A stretch of 64,000 nt of DNA from the NCBI GenBank assembly GCA_965140415.1, contig OZ223209.1, forward strand, positions 640,001-704,000, written 5' to 3'. The DNA comes from Myxococcota bacterium. GTDB lineage: Bacteria > Myxococcota_A > SURF-8. A program made the position numbers and the translations under genes. Shown piece after piece: positions 17,049 to 27,372 of this stretch; positions within the stretch are counted from its first letter, which is position 1, and every line of letters starts with the position of its first letter. The notes under the pieces were generated by a model. It had not been told where the DNA came from. It saw nothing but the letters and a program-made list of their open reading frames with translations, and did not search any database.

Positions 17049-18872
17049 ATGTCGATGAGATTCTCATGTCAAACAGGGTTGCAGGCCGTCATGCTTGCGG
17101 CCCTGTTTTTGTTTGGTCTGGCATCTTTTCCCGGTTGTGCGCCGAGTCGCCTTTTGCTGCCTCATGCCACTTCGGAATACGCCGCCGCGGTGCAGTTGAC
17201 ACGCATTGCCGCAGAAGACCGGCTTTGGGCGGATAGTTTGGCGCATATTCGAAGTGACAAACCGGATGCGGCATTGCCGACTCCCGCCGCAACGCTCGTG
17301 CGCGCCGCGCGGGATCTGGCGGCTTTGTCACTGGTTGCGGATGAAACCTACAGCCCGGAGGACTTTTTAGAACCGGTTCTGCTTCGCAACGGCATTGTGG
17401 AGCGCCCGGCGCGCGCGTACTGGTTTACCGGAACCGGCGGCGGCCTGGCCTACGATGGCTCCTCCCGCATCGCAGGGAAGATTCTGTTTTTAAAGCAACA
17501 GGGCTATACACGGATCGGGTTGGGTGTGCATGAGCGCGACGACGGCGAATGGGCGGCAGCGCTGGTGGCGACGCAACGCCCGGTGCGTTTGACTCTTCCC
17601 GTTGCCAGAATAATCCCGATCGGCGGAAATCTGCGCCTGATCGCGGAAACGGGAGATGAGATCGGCGTTTTGTGGATTACGCTGAAATCGCCCAACGGCC
17701 ATCTTTTCGAACAGTCGGTTCCCTATCTTGCCGGACAACTGGATTGGGGCGTTCGCCTGCATTGGCCGGGGAATTACGCCATTGAAATCCGTATGAAAAC
17801 GCCGGCGGGCGATATCAAGCGTGTCGCGCATTTGGTGGTGACTGTCGGTGAACGAGCCACGCAGATTCCGTTGTTTCCGCCGCCGCCGCAGGTATCCGGC
17901 AAGCAATATCCCAGCGCCGCGCTGGGGTACATCGACGAGTTGCGCACGAAAAGTGGTATGGATACGCTAACTTCGTTACCGCGAGCCGATGAACTGCTTG
18001 CACCCTGGTTGCAGATGGAAGCGCAGCATCTGCGCTTTAGCGACGACGGCATCGAGCGGCAATTGTTTGTTTCCGGTTCCGAAAGCGATCCGCCGCTGAG
18101 TTGCTTGTATCGCAGCTCCGTGACGAATAATCCAGGAGCGTTATTGGCGCGTGAATTCGGGCGACCCAGCGTGTTGAAAGCCATGATTCAACCGGCGTAT
18201 CAAGGTTATGCCGCGCTGTCACAGTTGCTGGAAGAGGGCGAGCGCATCGGGGAATTGCTTTGCGGTGTGGCGCAACCTTCTCAAATGCTGCTTACCCGTT
18301 TGCCTGCGCACGAGGATCGTCTGGCGTTTTTAAAAGAACTCGATGCCCGGTTAATGAAGCAGATGGGACTGGATTACGTGGCCGATCCACAGCAGCGCCT
18401 GATCGAGTGGACGCTGGCGCAGGCGGTGCTATCGATTGAAGAAGCCGAAGCAAGGAAAGAAAGAAATACCGCCAAAGACAGTGAGAAAACCCCAACGCTC
18501 CCGCATCGCGACCGCTATGAGCAACAACTGAACGAGACCTACGCTTCCTTGTGGTGGGTGTCCTGGCAGTTGCAGCAGCGTTTTGACAGGCAGGATCCGC
18601 GCCGGGCGGCTGTGTCGCTGTTATTGCTTAAACTGTTGTTGTTACAGGATCGCGAGGATGACTACCTGGCCGAGATGCGGCGCATGGAAGAGACTTCTCC
18701 CACCCAGGGCCCCTGGCGGGAAGCGCGATTGGCGGTGGCACAAGCCTGGATGGCTTCTCGACGCGGTGATATGAATCAACGAAAAGAGGCGCTGCTTCGC
18801 GCCATCGAATGCTACCAGCACCTCCAATTCTCCAGCTTTGCCCAGCAGCTTTGGTTGCAGGCGTCGGAATAA
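17049..18872 (+). CDS. Hypothetical lipoprotein with degenerate CAP/SCP-like segments and helical C-terminus
   Basis: Lipobox FPGC; GYTRIGLGV and YIDELRTKSGMDTL resemble CAP-domain motifs; 3 bp after the upstream gene. Confidence 0.55.
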   Translation: MSMRFSCQTGLQAVMLAALFLFGLASFPGCAPSRLLLPHATSEYAAAVQLTRIAAEDRLWADSLAHIRSDKPDAALPTPAATLVRAARDLAALSLVADETYSPEDFLEPVLLRNGIVERPARAYWFTGTGGGLAYDGSSRIAGKILFLKQQGYTRIGLGVHERDDGEWAAALVATQRPVRLTLPVARIIPIGGNLRLIAETGDEIGVLWITLKSPNGHLFEQSVPYLAGQLDWGVRLHWPGNYAIEIRMKTPAGDIKRVAHLVVTVGERATQIPLFPPPPQVSGKQYPSAALGYIDELRTKSGMDTLTSLPRADELLAPWLQMEAQHLRFSDDGIERQLFVSGSESDPPLSCLYRSSVTNNPGALLAREFGRPSVLKAMIQPAYQGYAALSQLLEEGERIGELLCGVAQPSQMLLTRLPAHEDRLAFLKELDARLMKQMGLDYVADPQQRLIEWTLAQAVLSIEEAEARKERNTAKDSEKTPTLPHRDRYEQQLNETYASLWWVSWQLQQRFDRQDPRRAAVSLLLLKLLLLQDREDDYLAEMRRMEETSPTQGPWREARLAVAQAWMASRRGDMNQRKEALLRAIECYQHLQFSSFAQQLWLQASE

Positions 18873-19069
18873 GCTTCCCTTTCAACGCCACCGGTTCGGC
18901 CTTGAAAAAAGTCGGATAAATTTCGGAATAATTATGTGATAACACCTGTTTATGCTAATTGAGATCCGGCTGAAGTATAATCAATAGCGTTGACTTGAGT
19001 TCCCGACCTATGATATACACAGGGGTCAGTGCATTGAGCGGATTCATTGAAGCAACCGGGAGGTAGATC

Positions 19070-19807
19070 GTGACTCACGCCGTCGTGCAAGCCGCATCGG
19101 ATCTGGTGCAGGCTAGTGTTTCTCAGGAGTTGGATTTCTTCGCCCTGATTTTCAATACCGGGATCGTTGTGGCGACGGTTCTGGTGCTGCTGCTGTTTTT
19201 CTCGATCACATCCTGGGGCATCATTATTTACAAGTACCTGTTTCTGCGCAAGGCGCACCAGCAGTCCATCGAATTTCTGGACTTGTTCTGGAAAAGTCGC
19301 AGGCTCGATCATATTTACGAAACCAGCGAGGAACTGACGCATTCGCCCATCGCGCAGGTTTTCAGAACCGGTTACGTCGAGTTAAGCAAATCGCGCCGCA
19401 AAGATGAAAACAGCGAAACAGACAGCCGCGCCTTCGGTGAAATGCGCGATCTGGATTCACTGGAACGCTCGTTGCGCCGGGCGGCTACCAGTCAGGTCAC
19501 GGTGCTGGAAAGCCTGGTTTCGTTTCTGGCGACCACCGGTTCCACCGCTCCTTTCGTAGGGCTGTTTGGAACAGTATGGGGCATCATGGAGTCTTTCCAG
19601 GAAATCGGTCGCGCCGGAAACGCCACCTTGGCGACGGTCGCTCCCGGTATTTCGGAAGCCTTGATCGCTACCGCTACCGGTTTGGCCGCCGCAATTCCGG
19701 CAGTTGTCGGTTACAACTATTTCGTACAGAAAATCAAGGTGCTCGACGCAGAAATGGAGAATTTCTCCATCGATTTCCTGAACATCGTCAAGCGTCACTT
19801 CTTTTAG
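19070..19807 (+). CDS. tolQ: Tol-Pal protein TolQ
   Basis: [34 protein letters not shown]. Confidence 0.93.
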   Translation: MTHAVVQAASDLVQASVSQELDFFALIFNTGIVVATVLVLLLFFSITSWGIIIYKYLFLRKAHQQSIEFLDLFWKSRRLDHIYETSEELTHSPIAQVFRTGYVELSKSRRKDENSETDSRAFGEMRDLDSLERSLRRAATSQVTVLESLVSFLATTGSTAPFVGLFGTVWGIMESFQEIGRAGNATLATVAPGISEALIATATGLAAAIPAVVGYNYFVQKIKVLDAEMENFSIDFLNIVKRHFF

Positions 19808-19822
19808 CGGGCGGAAACGAAA

Positions 19823-20271
<449 letters not shown>

Positions 20272-20275
<4 letters not shown>

Positions 20276-21039
20276 GCGCCGCGACGATCAGTCAGGGGGA
20301 GCATAGCTATTTTCTCTCGGCGCAGAGAAATCGCTACGTGCCCTGGTTGCTGATTTCCTTCCTGCTGCACGTGCTGCTTTTCGGTCTGGCCTGGATGGAA
20401 ACGCGCCGCATGCAGGCGCCGAATCTGGTGCATCAAACGGCGATCATGGTTCAGCCGGTGCGCTGGGCGCCGGAAGAACGTCCCGAGCATTGGCTGCCGC
20501 GTGTGGAGGCGACGCCCGAACCGGCCAAGCCGGAGGCGGTCAAAGTCAGCCCCAATCCGGAGACTCCGAAAAAGAAGCCGGACCCGCCGAAAAAGGAACC
20601 GAAGAAAGAGCCGCCCAAAAAAGATCCCAAGCAGCGGAAAACGGCCATGAACAAGGCGCTGGAGAAAATCCGCAACAACTATAATAGTTGGGACGGCAGC
20701 CCCAACGGCGTTAAGGGCGCGCCGTCTGCGCGGGCGTTGCAGATTCTGGGATCGGTCTATGCGGGGCAGTTGCGGGAAGTCTTTAGTTCCCATTGGACGG
20801 TCCCCAAAGTGATCTCGGAAAGAGACCTGGAACACCTGACCTGTAAAATACTGGTAAAAATCGACAGAACAGGTACAATCAGCGGTCACAAGCTGGTGAC
20901 CTCTTCGGGCAATGCGCAGTTCGACAGTTCCGCCATGCGCGCGGTGAAATTGACACCGAAAGTTCCTTTGCCCGATGAGATGCTGCGAGACGTGGTGTTC
21001 AACGACGGTATTTTGATCAATTTCTCGAAGAAAGACTGA
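20272..21039 (+). CDS. tolA: TolA/TonB-family protein
   Basis: TM helix with S..LH, Pro/Lys-rich linker, SSGNAQFDSSAMRAV C-domain; between tolR and tolB. Confidence 0.8.
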
Positions 21040-21042
21040 AAC

Positions 21043-22371
21043 ATGGGTAGACAACCCTTCATTTTTGCACTTGGAAGTATGTTGGTTTTTCTGCTGTTGC
21101 CCAAGCTTGCGTTGGCGCAACTGGTCATCGATGTCGATCCCTCTCAATTCCGTCAATATCCGATCGCGGTGACGGCGTTGAAGAATTTCGGAGAGACCGA
21201 AGACAGCCAGAACCTGGCGCAGGAAGCCCAGAAGATCATCATGAACGATCTGGCCATCGCCGGCTTGTTCGACGTGCTCAATCCCAAGGCTTTTCTGGAA
21301 GATCCCAAAACCGCCGGAATTACCGAGGCGACCATCAATTTTACACAGTGGTTGCAGGTCGGAGCGGAAGGCTTGATCAAAGGTGGCTTCTGGATTATGG
21401 ATAAGCGCATCAAGCTGGATCTGCGCCTGTTCGATGTCGCATTGGGACGTGAAACCCTGAAAAAGACGTATGAAGGCGATCTCGGTGCGCTACGCAACAT
21501 GCTGCACGCTTTCGATGATGAAATCGTTAAGTTTTTCACCAAGGAAGAAGGGGTCTTCTCTACAAAGATCGTGTCGGTGCGCCTGATCAACAAGCGTAAG
21601 CAGATCTATGTCATGGATTTCGACGGCGCAAATGGTCGGGTCTTGGTGGATAATGGTAGCATCAATCTGCTACCCGCTTTCTCCGCCGATGGCGCTCACG
21701 TCTATTTCACCTCGTACATGAACAACAATCCCGACCTGTTCCGCATCCCTTCGGGCGGTGGCAAAGCCACCACCATTTCCAGCTATCGCGGCTTGAATGT
21801 GGGCGCAAGTTTGAGTCCCGATGGGAAGAAGGTTGCGGTTACCTTATCTAAGGATGGAAACAGCGAAATCTACGTGATGGACGCTGAAGGCGGCAACCTG
21901 CGTCGACTGACCAATACCTGGGGTATCGATGCGTCGCCCACCTGGGCTCCCGACAGCCACCGGGTCGCCTTTGTTTCCGATCGTTCCGGTACGCCGCAGA
22001 TTTACTATCAGGAAGCCGCTGGGGCTACTGCCGTGCGCTTGACCTTCCAGGGAAACTATAACCAGTCGCCAGCCTGGTCGCCTAAAGGCGACAAAATCAC
22101 CTTCTGCGGTCGCGACGAACGACTGGTGTTCGATCTGTTTTTAGTCGATGTGGAAACGCGGGAAATCACGCGCTTGACACAGGATCAGGGTACGAACGAA
22201 GATCCCACCTGGTCGCCCAACGGCAGGCACATCGTGTTCACCTCCACCCGCAACGGAGGCAGCAGTATCTGGATCATGAACGCGGATGGTACCAACCAAC
22301 GTCAGATAAGCAGCGGCCAAGGCGTCTTTTCCACTCCCGACTGGTCTCCTCGCTTTAAGGAAAACAACTGA
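21043..22371 (+). CDS. tolB: Tol-Pal beta-propeller protein TolB
   Basis: TolB N-domain plus PD40 repeats (SPDG, WSPKG, WSPNG). Confidence 0.95.
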   Translation: MGRQPFIFALGSMLVFLLLPKLALAQLVIDVDPSQFRQYPIAVTALKNFGETEDSQNLAQEAQKIIMNDLAIAGLFDVLNPKAFLEDPKTAGITEATINFTQWLQVGAEGLIKGGFWIMDKRIKLDLRLFDVALGRETLKKTYEGDLGALRNMLHAFDDEIVKFFTKEEGVFSTKIVSVRLINKRKQIYVMDFDGANGRVLVDNGSINLLPAFSADGAHVYFTSYMNNNPDLFRIPSGGGKATTISSYRGLNVGASLSPDGKKVAVTLSKDGNSEIYVMDAEGGNLRRLTNTWGIDASPTWAPDSHRVAFVSDRSGTPQIYYQEAAGATAVRLTFQGNYNQSPAWSPKGDKITFCGRDERLVFDLFLVDVETREITRLTQDQGTNEDPTWSPNGRHIVFTSTRNGGSSIWIMNADGTNQRQISSGQGVFSTPDWSPRFKENN

Positions 22372-23129
22372 TGAAGAATTCGTTATCCAAGCGAACGTCG
22401 AAACTGTTGCGCACGGTCATGATTCTGTGGGTCGCCGTGCTGTTGCTGGCGCTGGCGGGTTGCGTGGGCAAGCCACCCAAAGAGGAGCGCGAGCAGGCTG
22501 AGCAGGCTTTCCTTGCTGCCAAAGCGGCGGAGAAATGCGCCACGGTGCGGTACACTTCCGCAGAAAAAGCGTTGCAGAATGCGCGCCGGTTGACCACGGA
22601 AAAGAAATACGAAGAGGCTCGGCGCTATTTCAATGTGGCCAAGGAGCTGTCTGAAACCGCGTTGAAGGAAGCGAATGCCAATCGCGACTGCATGAATCCT
22701 CCCGATCCGAACGAAACGACCAAGCCGGTTGTGACCTCCGGTGGCGAGGATGATAACCTGACTCCCGAAGAACGCATGCTGCGCGATCCGGAGTATGACT
22801 TGAAATCCGTGCGTTTTCCCTTTAACAGCGAGGATATCACCGAGGAAGCCAAACAGATTCTGCAACAGAATGCGGCCTGGCTGAACAACTTCCCGGACAT
22901 CAATGTTCGTGTGGAAGGGCATTGCGACTCGCGAGGCAGCACCGAGTACAATCTGGCGCTGGGTGAGCGCAGAGCCTATGCCGTGCGCAAGTTCCTGATT
23001 ATGCTCGGCGTCAATCCCGATCAGCTTTCGGTGATGTCCTACGGAGAAGAAAGTCCGCTAGTCGACGAAGAAAATGAAATGGCATGGGAACAAAATCGTC
23101 GCGCCGAGTTTAAAAAAGTCGGTCGCTAA
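22371..23129 (+). CDS. pal: Peptidoglycan-associated lipoprotein Pal with helical DUF4398-like N-terminal domain
   Basis: Lipobox LAGC; VEGHCDSRGSTEYNLALGERRA, SYGEESP, NRRAEF. Confidence 0.9.
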   Translation: MKNSLSKRTSKLLRTVMILWVAVLLLALAGCVGKPPKEEREQAEQAFLAAKAAEKCATVRYTSAEKALQNARRLTTEKKYEEARRYFNVAKELSETALKEANANRDCMNPPDPNETTKPVVTSGGEDDNLTPEERMLRDPEYDLKSVRFPFNSEDITEEAKQILQQNAAWLNNFPDINVRVEGHCDSRGSTEYNLALGERRAYAVRKFLIMLGVNPDQLSVMSYGEESPLVDEENEMAWEQNRRAEFKKVGR

Positions 23130-23317
23130 GGCGGTTGCCATAATCCAAATTCTCCAATAGAATCAATATGGATTGCTTCGTACGGAAAGCTTTGGAATCG
23201 CTGTTTTCCAAACGTTTTTTTTCGTTCTGTGAGAATTTGGGAGAAAACTCTTGACAATAGGCGTGAATTAATCTAAACACTCAGTCCTTGCGTTGGACTG
23301 AACGACGGAGTTTTACG

Positions 23318-23749
23318 ATGTCAACATATACACCAAAGCCTGGAGAAGTAGAGCGGAAATGGTACCTCGCCGACCTTAACGGGGTTGTGCTTGGTCGTGC
23401 CGCCACTCAGATCGCTACCATCTTGCGCGGCAAGCACAAAGCGGAATTCGCCCCTCACGTGGATACCGGCGATTTCGTAGTCGTGGTCAATGCGGATAAA
23501 GTCGCCGTGACCGGAGCGAAGCTGACTGACAAGAAATACTACCACCACACCGGTTATCCGGGCGGTATCAAGAGCATCACCTTGGAAAAGCAGCTTGAGA
23601 AATCGCCTGAAGACGTAATCACGGCGGCGGTTAGAGGAATGCTTCCCAAGAACAAGCTTGGTCGCAAACTTATCAAGAAACTGAAGGTATACGCGGCGCC
23701 TGAGCATCCGCATGAGGCCCAACAACCTGAAGTTCTGGATTTAACTTAA
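23318..23749 (+). CDS. rplM: 50S ribosomal protein L13
   Basis: [41 protein letters not shown]. Confidence 0.98.
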   Translation: MSTYTPKPGEVERKWYLADLNGVVLGRAATQIATILRGKHKAEFAPHVDTGDFVVVVNADKVAVTGAKLTDKKYYHHTGYPGGIKSITLEKQLEKSPEDVITAAVRGMLPKNKLGRKLIKKLKVYAAPEHPHEAQQPEVLDLT

Positions 23750-23761
23750 GAGGATAGAAGC

Positions 23762-24163
23762 ATGTGTGCATTGGGATGGAATTGGCATGCTATCGGGCGT
23801 CGTAAAACGGCGGTTGCCCGTGTATGGATGAAGCCCGGCAGTGGTAACATCTTGATCAATGGCCGCAATATCGACGAATACCTGCGTCGTCCGGTCGCCA
23901 AGATGATCGTGAACCAGCCGCTCGAACTGACTGCAACGCAGGGACAGTTCGATATCAACTGCGTATGCCGCGGTGGTGGTATCAGTGGACAGGCCGATGC
24001 GATCAAGCACGGTATCAGCCGCGCCTTGTTGGCGGTGGATAGCGAAAAATATCGCCCGCTGCTGAAGAAAGCCGGGTTCATTACCCGTGACGCGCGCCAG
24101 AAAGAGCGTAAGAAGTACGGTCTGCGCGGTGCCCGTCGTCGCTTCCAGTTCTCCAAGCGTTAA
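23762..24163 (+). CDS. rpsI: 30S ribosomal protein S9
   Basis: [34 protein letters not shown]. Confidence 0.98.
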   Translation: MCALGWNWHAIGRRKTAVARVWMKPGSGNILINGRNIDEYLRRPVAKMIVNQPLELTATQGQFDINCVCRGGGISGQADAIKHGISRALLAVDSEKYRPLLKKAGFITRDARQKERKKYGLRGARRRFQFSKR

Positions 24164-24192
24164 TCGCTGCTTCGTTTCGTGTGTTTGTAATG

Positions 24193-24226
24193 CGGCCTTC
24201 CCGTTGCGGGGAGGCCGTTTTTCTTT
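24193..24226 (+). terminator. Intrinsic terminator after rpsI
   Basis: CGGCCTTCCCG-TTG-CGGGGAGGCCG followed by TTTTTCTTT. Confidence 0.85.
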
Positions 24227-24359
24227 GCCTGGAAGGCGCTGTTTGGGGAGAATCGGTCACAATTCAAGGCCAACTGTTGACTTTCCATGGCCTATGTGCT
24301 AATTTCCCCCGAAAGTTGTCTACTAGGTCGAAAAGATTCGAGAAATCAAGAGGTGGACC

Positions 24360-25286
24360 ATGAAGTTTGGCGTGCTTGGGATGAAGGTGGCGATCCTTCT
24401 TGCCGTGGTGTCTGTACTGATGATCGGCTGTGGGCCGTCGTCGTTCGAGCAGGGGCAGGAACTGTTTAACAAGGGATTGTACGAGCGAGCCATTCCGCTA
24501 TTGGAAAAAGCCAAAGAAGACGGCGAACAGTACATCAAAGCCGAGGAAATGATCCGTCAGGCTAAGGTCAAGATGGAAGAAGAAGCCGACGCCGATTGCG
24601 TGCGCCGGGCCGAGAACTACTTGAATGTACTGGGCGAAACCAAAACGGTAGGCACCTGGGACAAGATCGTGGAAGAGTTGAAGGCTTTCAAGTGCCGCAA
24701 GCTCAACGCGAAACCCTATGTCGACAAAGCCTATTACCGCTTCATCGCCTACCTGGCCGAATGGGATGCCTATCCGCAGGCCGTCGAAAAGTTCTGTCAG
24801 TTCACCGGTTGTGAGACGCAGCCCCCGCATATTCTGATTCGGGAAGAAGAACTCACGATTACCGATGACAAGGGCAAGGAAAAAGAAGAAGTCATTCAAC
24901 AGGAAATTCCCATCGCCGAGCATTCCACGGCGGTCAAGATGTTCCAGTGGCTGTCAAAAAAAGACCCGAAAAACGGACGCTGGTTCGATCGTTATGCGAA
25001 ATTCCTGTATGATAACGAGCGTTATCAGGATGCGTTGGATGCCTACAAGGCGATTTCCGAAATCGAGGAATTGGGATACGAAGTCAAATCGCGCGCCAAG
25101 CTGGCTGCCGAACACCTGATGAAGGGTGGAAGGCGTCCGCGTATGGAAGGCGAAAAGCTGCGCTTTTTCTGGATTGAAGACGTAAAGAAAAAGAGCAAAC
25201 TCAAAGCTCTGCGCAAGGATCTGGAAAAAGCTCGCAAGGAACGCGAGCAGGCCGAACAGAAGGAAAACGCCGGTAACGTGAAGTAA
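24360..25286 (+). CDS. TPR-like lipoprotein of unknown function
   Basis: Lipobox MIGC; TPR-like helices; GAGGTGG RBS. Confidence 0.7.
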   Translation: MKFGVLGMKVAILLAVVSVLMIGCGPSSFEQGQELFNKGLYERAIPLLEKAKEDGEQYIKAEEMIRQAKVKMEEEADADCVRRAENYLNVLGETKTVGTWDKIVEELKAFKCRKLNAKPYVDKAYYRFIAYLAEWDAYPQAVEKFCQFTGCETQPPHILIREEELTITDDKGKEKEEVIQQEIPIAEHSTAVKMFQWLSKKDPKNGRWFDRYAKFLYDNERYQDALDAYKAISEIEELGYEVKSRAKLAAEHLMKGGRRPRMEGEKLRFFWIEDVKKKSKLKALRKDLEKARKEREQAEQKENAGNVK

Positions 25287-25309
25287 GTTTGTAAGGGTGA
25301 CTTATCTAC

Positions 25310-25336
25310 GGGCTCCTTTTGGAGCCCTTTTTTATT
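25310..25336 (+). terminator. Intrinsic terminator
   Basis: GGGCTCC-TTTT-GGAGCCC followed by TTTTTT. Confidence 0.85.
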
Positions 25337-25352
25337 CAGGAAATCTGCGGAC

Positions 25353-27257
25353 ATGCGGCTTGAATCCACCCTGAATGTGGTCAAAGAGTTTCGAAACCGC
25401 TTTCCATGGTTAGCACTTGTCGTACTGATCGTTTTTACGCTGCTGATTCTGCGTTTGGCGCAACTCCAGCTTTTCAAAGGCGAGCACTATCATTCGCTAA
25501 GCGAGCATAATTTCGTGCAGGAGCGCGTGGTTATTCCACTGCGCGGCAACATCTACGATGCACAACACCGTCCCTTAGCGGAAAACATTCCTGCTTACAA
25601 TGTGTATGTCACACCGGCTTTCATCAAAGATCTGGATGATATCCTGATCAAGCTGGAAGGCTATTTGAACCTAAGCAGCGAGGAGAGCCTGCGCATTCGC
25701 CACTCTGCCGAAAAAAGCCGGGGATTGTTACGCTTTCGGGAAATTATGGTCGATAGCGACATTTCACGCGATCAACTCGCTGTTTTAGAAAGCCATAAAC
25801 TTGAATTAGCTGGAGTCGCCGTGCGGCCCGGTCCCCGCCGACATTATCCGCAAGGGGAACTGACTTCGCATGTAGTCGGATACGTCGGGCGCATTTCCGA
25901 CCGCGAAATCAAGCAGAATCCCGAGTATTTCCCGACAGATCAAATCGGCAAGAGCGGAATCGAACTGGCGCTTGAAAAACCGTTGCATGGCTCCTACGGT
26001 TTGCAACGTGTGGTGGTGGATGCTACAGGTCGTGTAAAGAGCAACAAACAGGCAAACCTGCTGCTAAAAGGGGATTCCGGTTCCGCATCGGAACAGGGAA
26101 AAAATGTAGTGCTGTCGCTGGATCTGGACTTGCAAAAGGTCGCGGCGGCGACCTTCAATGCCAAGGCCGGAGCCGTGGTGGCGATCGAGGTGAAAACCGG
26201 TTTCGTCAAAGTGTATTACTCCGCACCCGGCTTCGATCCCAACCAATTCGTCAGCGGGATTTCCCAACTCGAATGGGAACGGTACCGAAATTCCATCCTG
26301 GACCCGATGATGGATAAAGTAGCGCAGGCGTCCTATTATCCCGGATCGACATACAAGGTTATCCCTGCGCTTGCCGGTCTGCAACAGCCGGAGATCGACG
26401 AGCATTGGGGCGCTACCTGCAACGGTGTGAAGTTCCTTGGGAAACATGGATTCCATTGCTGGAAACGCGTCGGTCATGGCTGGGTCGATCTGCGCAAGGC
26501 CATCAAGGAATCCTGCGATGTCTATTTCTATAGCGTGGGTGAAACCATCGGTTTCGAACCGATTTATCAACTGGCCATGGATTTCGGTTTCGGAAAAAAA
26601 AGCGGGATCGGTATCAACAACGAAACCGACGGCGTCTTGCCGAGTGAGAAGTGGCATCGAAAAACGCACAAACGTCCCTGGTCCACCGGCGACACGTTTT
26701 CGCACGTCATCGGGCAAGGAGACTTGAAAGTCAATGCCTTGCAGTTATCCTTGGCATATGCAGCCATCGCCAACGGCGGCACGCTTTGGCAGCCGCAGGT
26801 GATTCGAGAAGTGCGTCAGCCTGATGGACAGTTACTGGAGGTTTCCCAGCCCAAGATAAAACGTAAACTGTCGCTGGTTCCCGAAGCGTTAAAAGCGGTG
26901 CAGGATGGCTTGGCGGCAGTTCCCAATGAAAAGGGGGGAACCGGGTATCTCTCGCGCTTGATCGTGCCGCAGTTTGCCGGAAAAACCGGTACCGCGCAGG
27001 TCGTTCGTTTGCAGAAAGACAAGCGTATGCAAGACGACTACCTGCTCAAAGACCATGCCTGGTTCGTTGGTTACGGTCCGGTGGAAGATCCCGAACTGGT
27101 CGTGGCGGTGATTGTGGAGCATGGCGAACATGGAAGCTGGGCCGCGCCTATCGTGCGTGAAGTGCTGGCGGCCTGGTATGAAAAAAAGACCGGTCAGCCG
27201 GCGGAACGTCCTCCCTATAGTTATTATTCGCCCATTACCCAGCCACCTGAGCCCTAG
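25353..27257 (+). CDS. mrdA: Penicillin-binding protein 2 (class B transpeptidase)
   Basis: RGNIYD, PGSTYK, ESCDVYFY, GKTGTAQ, DHAWF. Confidence 0.93.
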   Translation: MRLESTLNVVKEFRNRFPWLALVVLIVFTLLILRLAQLQLFKGEHYHSLSEHNFVQERVVIPLRGNIYDAQHRPLAENIPAYNVYVTPAFIKDLDDILIKLEGYLNLSSEESLRIRHSAEKSRGLLRFREIMVDSDISRDQLAVLESHKLELAGVAVRPGPRRHYPQGELTSHVVGYVGRISDREIKQNPEYFPTDQIGKSGIELALEKPLHGSYGLQRVVVDATGRVKSNKQANLLLKGDSGSASEQGKNVVLSLDLDLQKVAAATFNAKAGAVVAIEVKTGFVKVYYSAPGFDPNQFVSGISQLEWERYRNSILDPMMDKVAQASYYPGSTYKVIPALAGLQQPEIDEHWGATCNGVKFLGKHGFHCWKRVGHGWVDLRKAIKESCDVYFYSVGETIGFEPIYQLAMDFGFGKKSGIGINNETDGVLPSEKWHRKTHKRPWSTGDTFSHVIGQGDLKVNALQLSLAYAAIANGGTLWQPQVIREVRQPDGQLLEVSQPKIKRKLSLVPEALKAVQDGLAAVPNEKGGTGYLSRLIVPQFAGKTGTAQVVRLQKDKRMQDDYLLKDHAWFVGYGPVEDPELVVAVIVEHGEHGSWAAPIVREVLAAWYEKKTGQPAERPPYSYYSPITQPPEP

Positions 27258-27372
27258 TGCAATATCTCACGGGTTACAGTCGAACGCAGTGGCGTTTTTC
27301 CTGTTTCTATGGCAGAATACGTCCGGTTAATTGGAATAATGCAGAAAACTCAGCCGTGTATAAGGGGGTTGT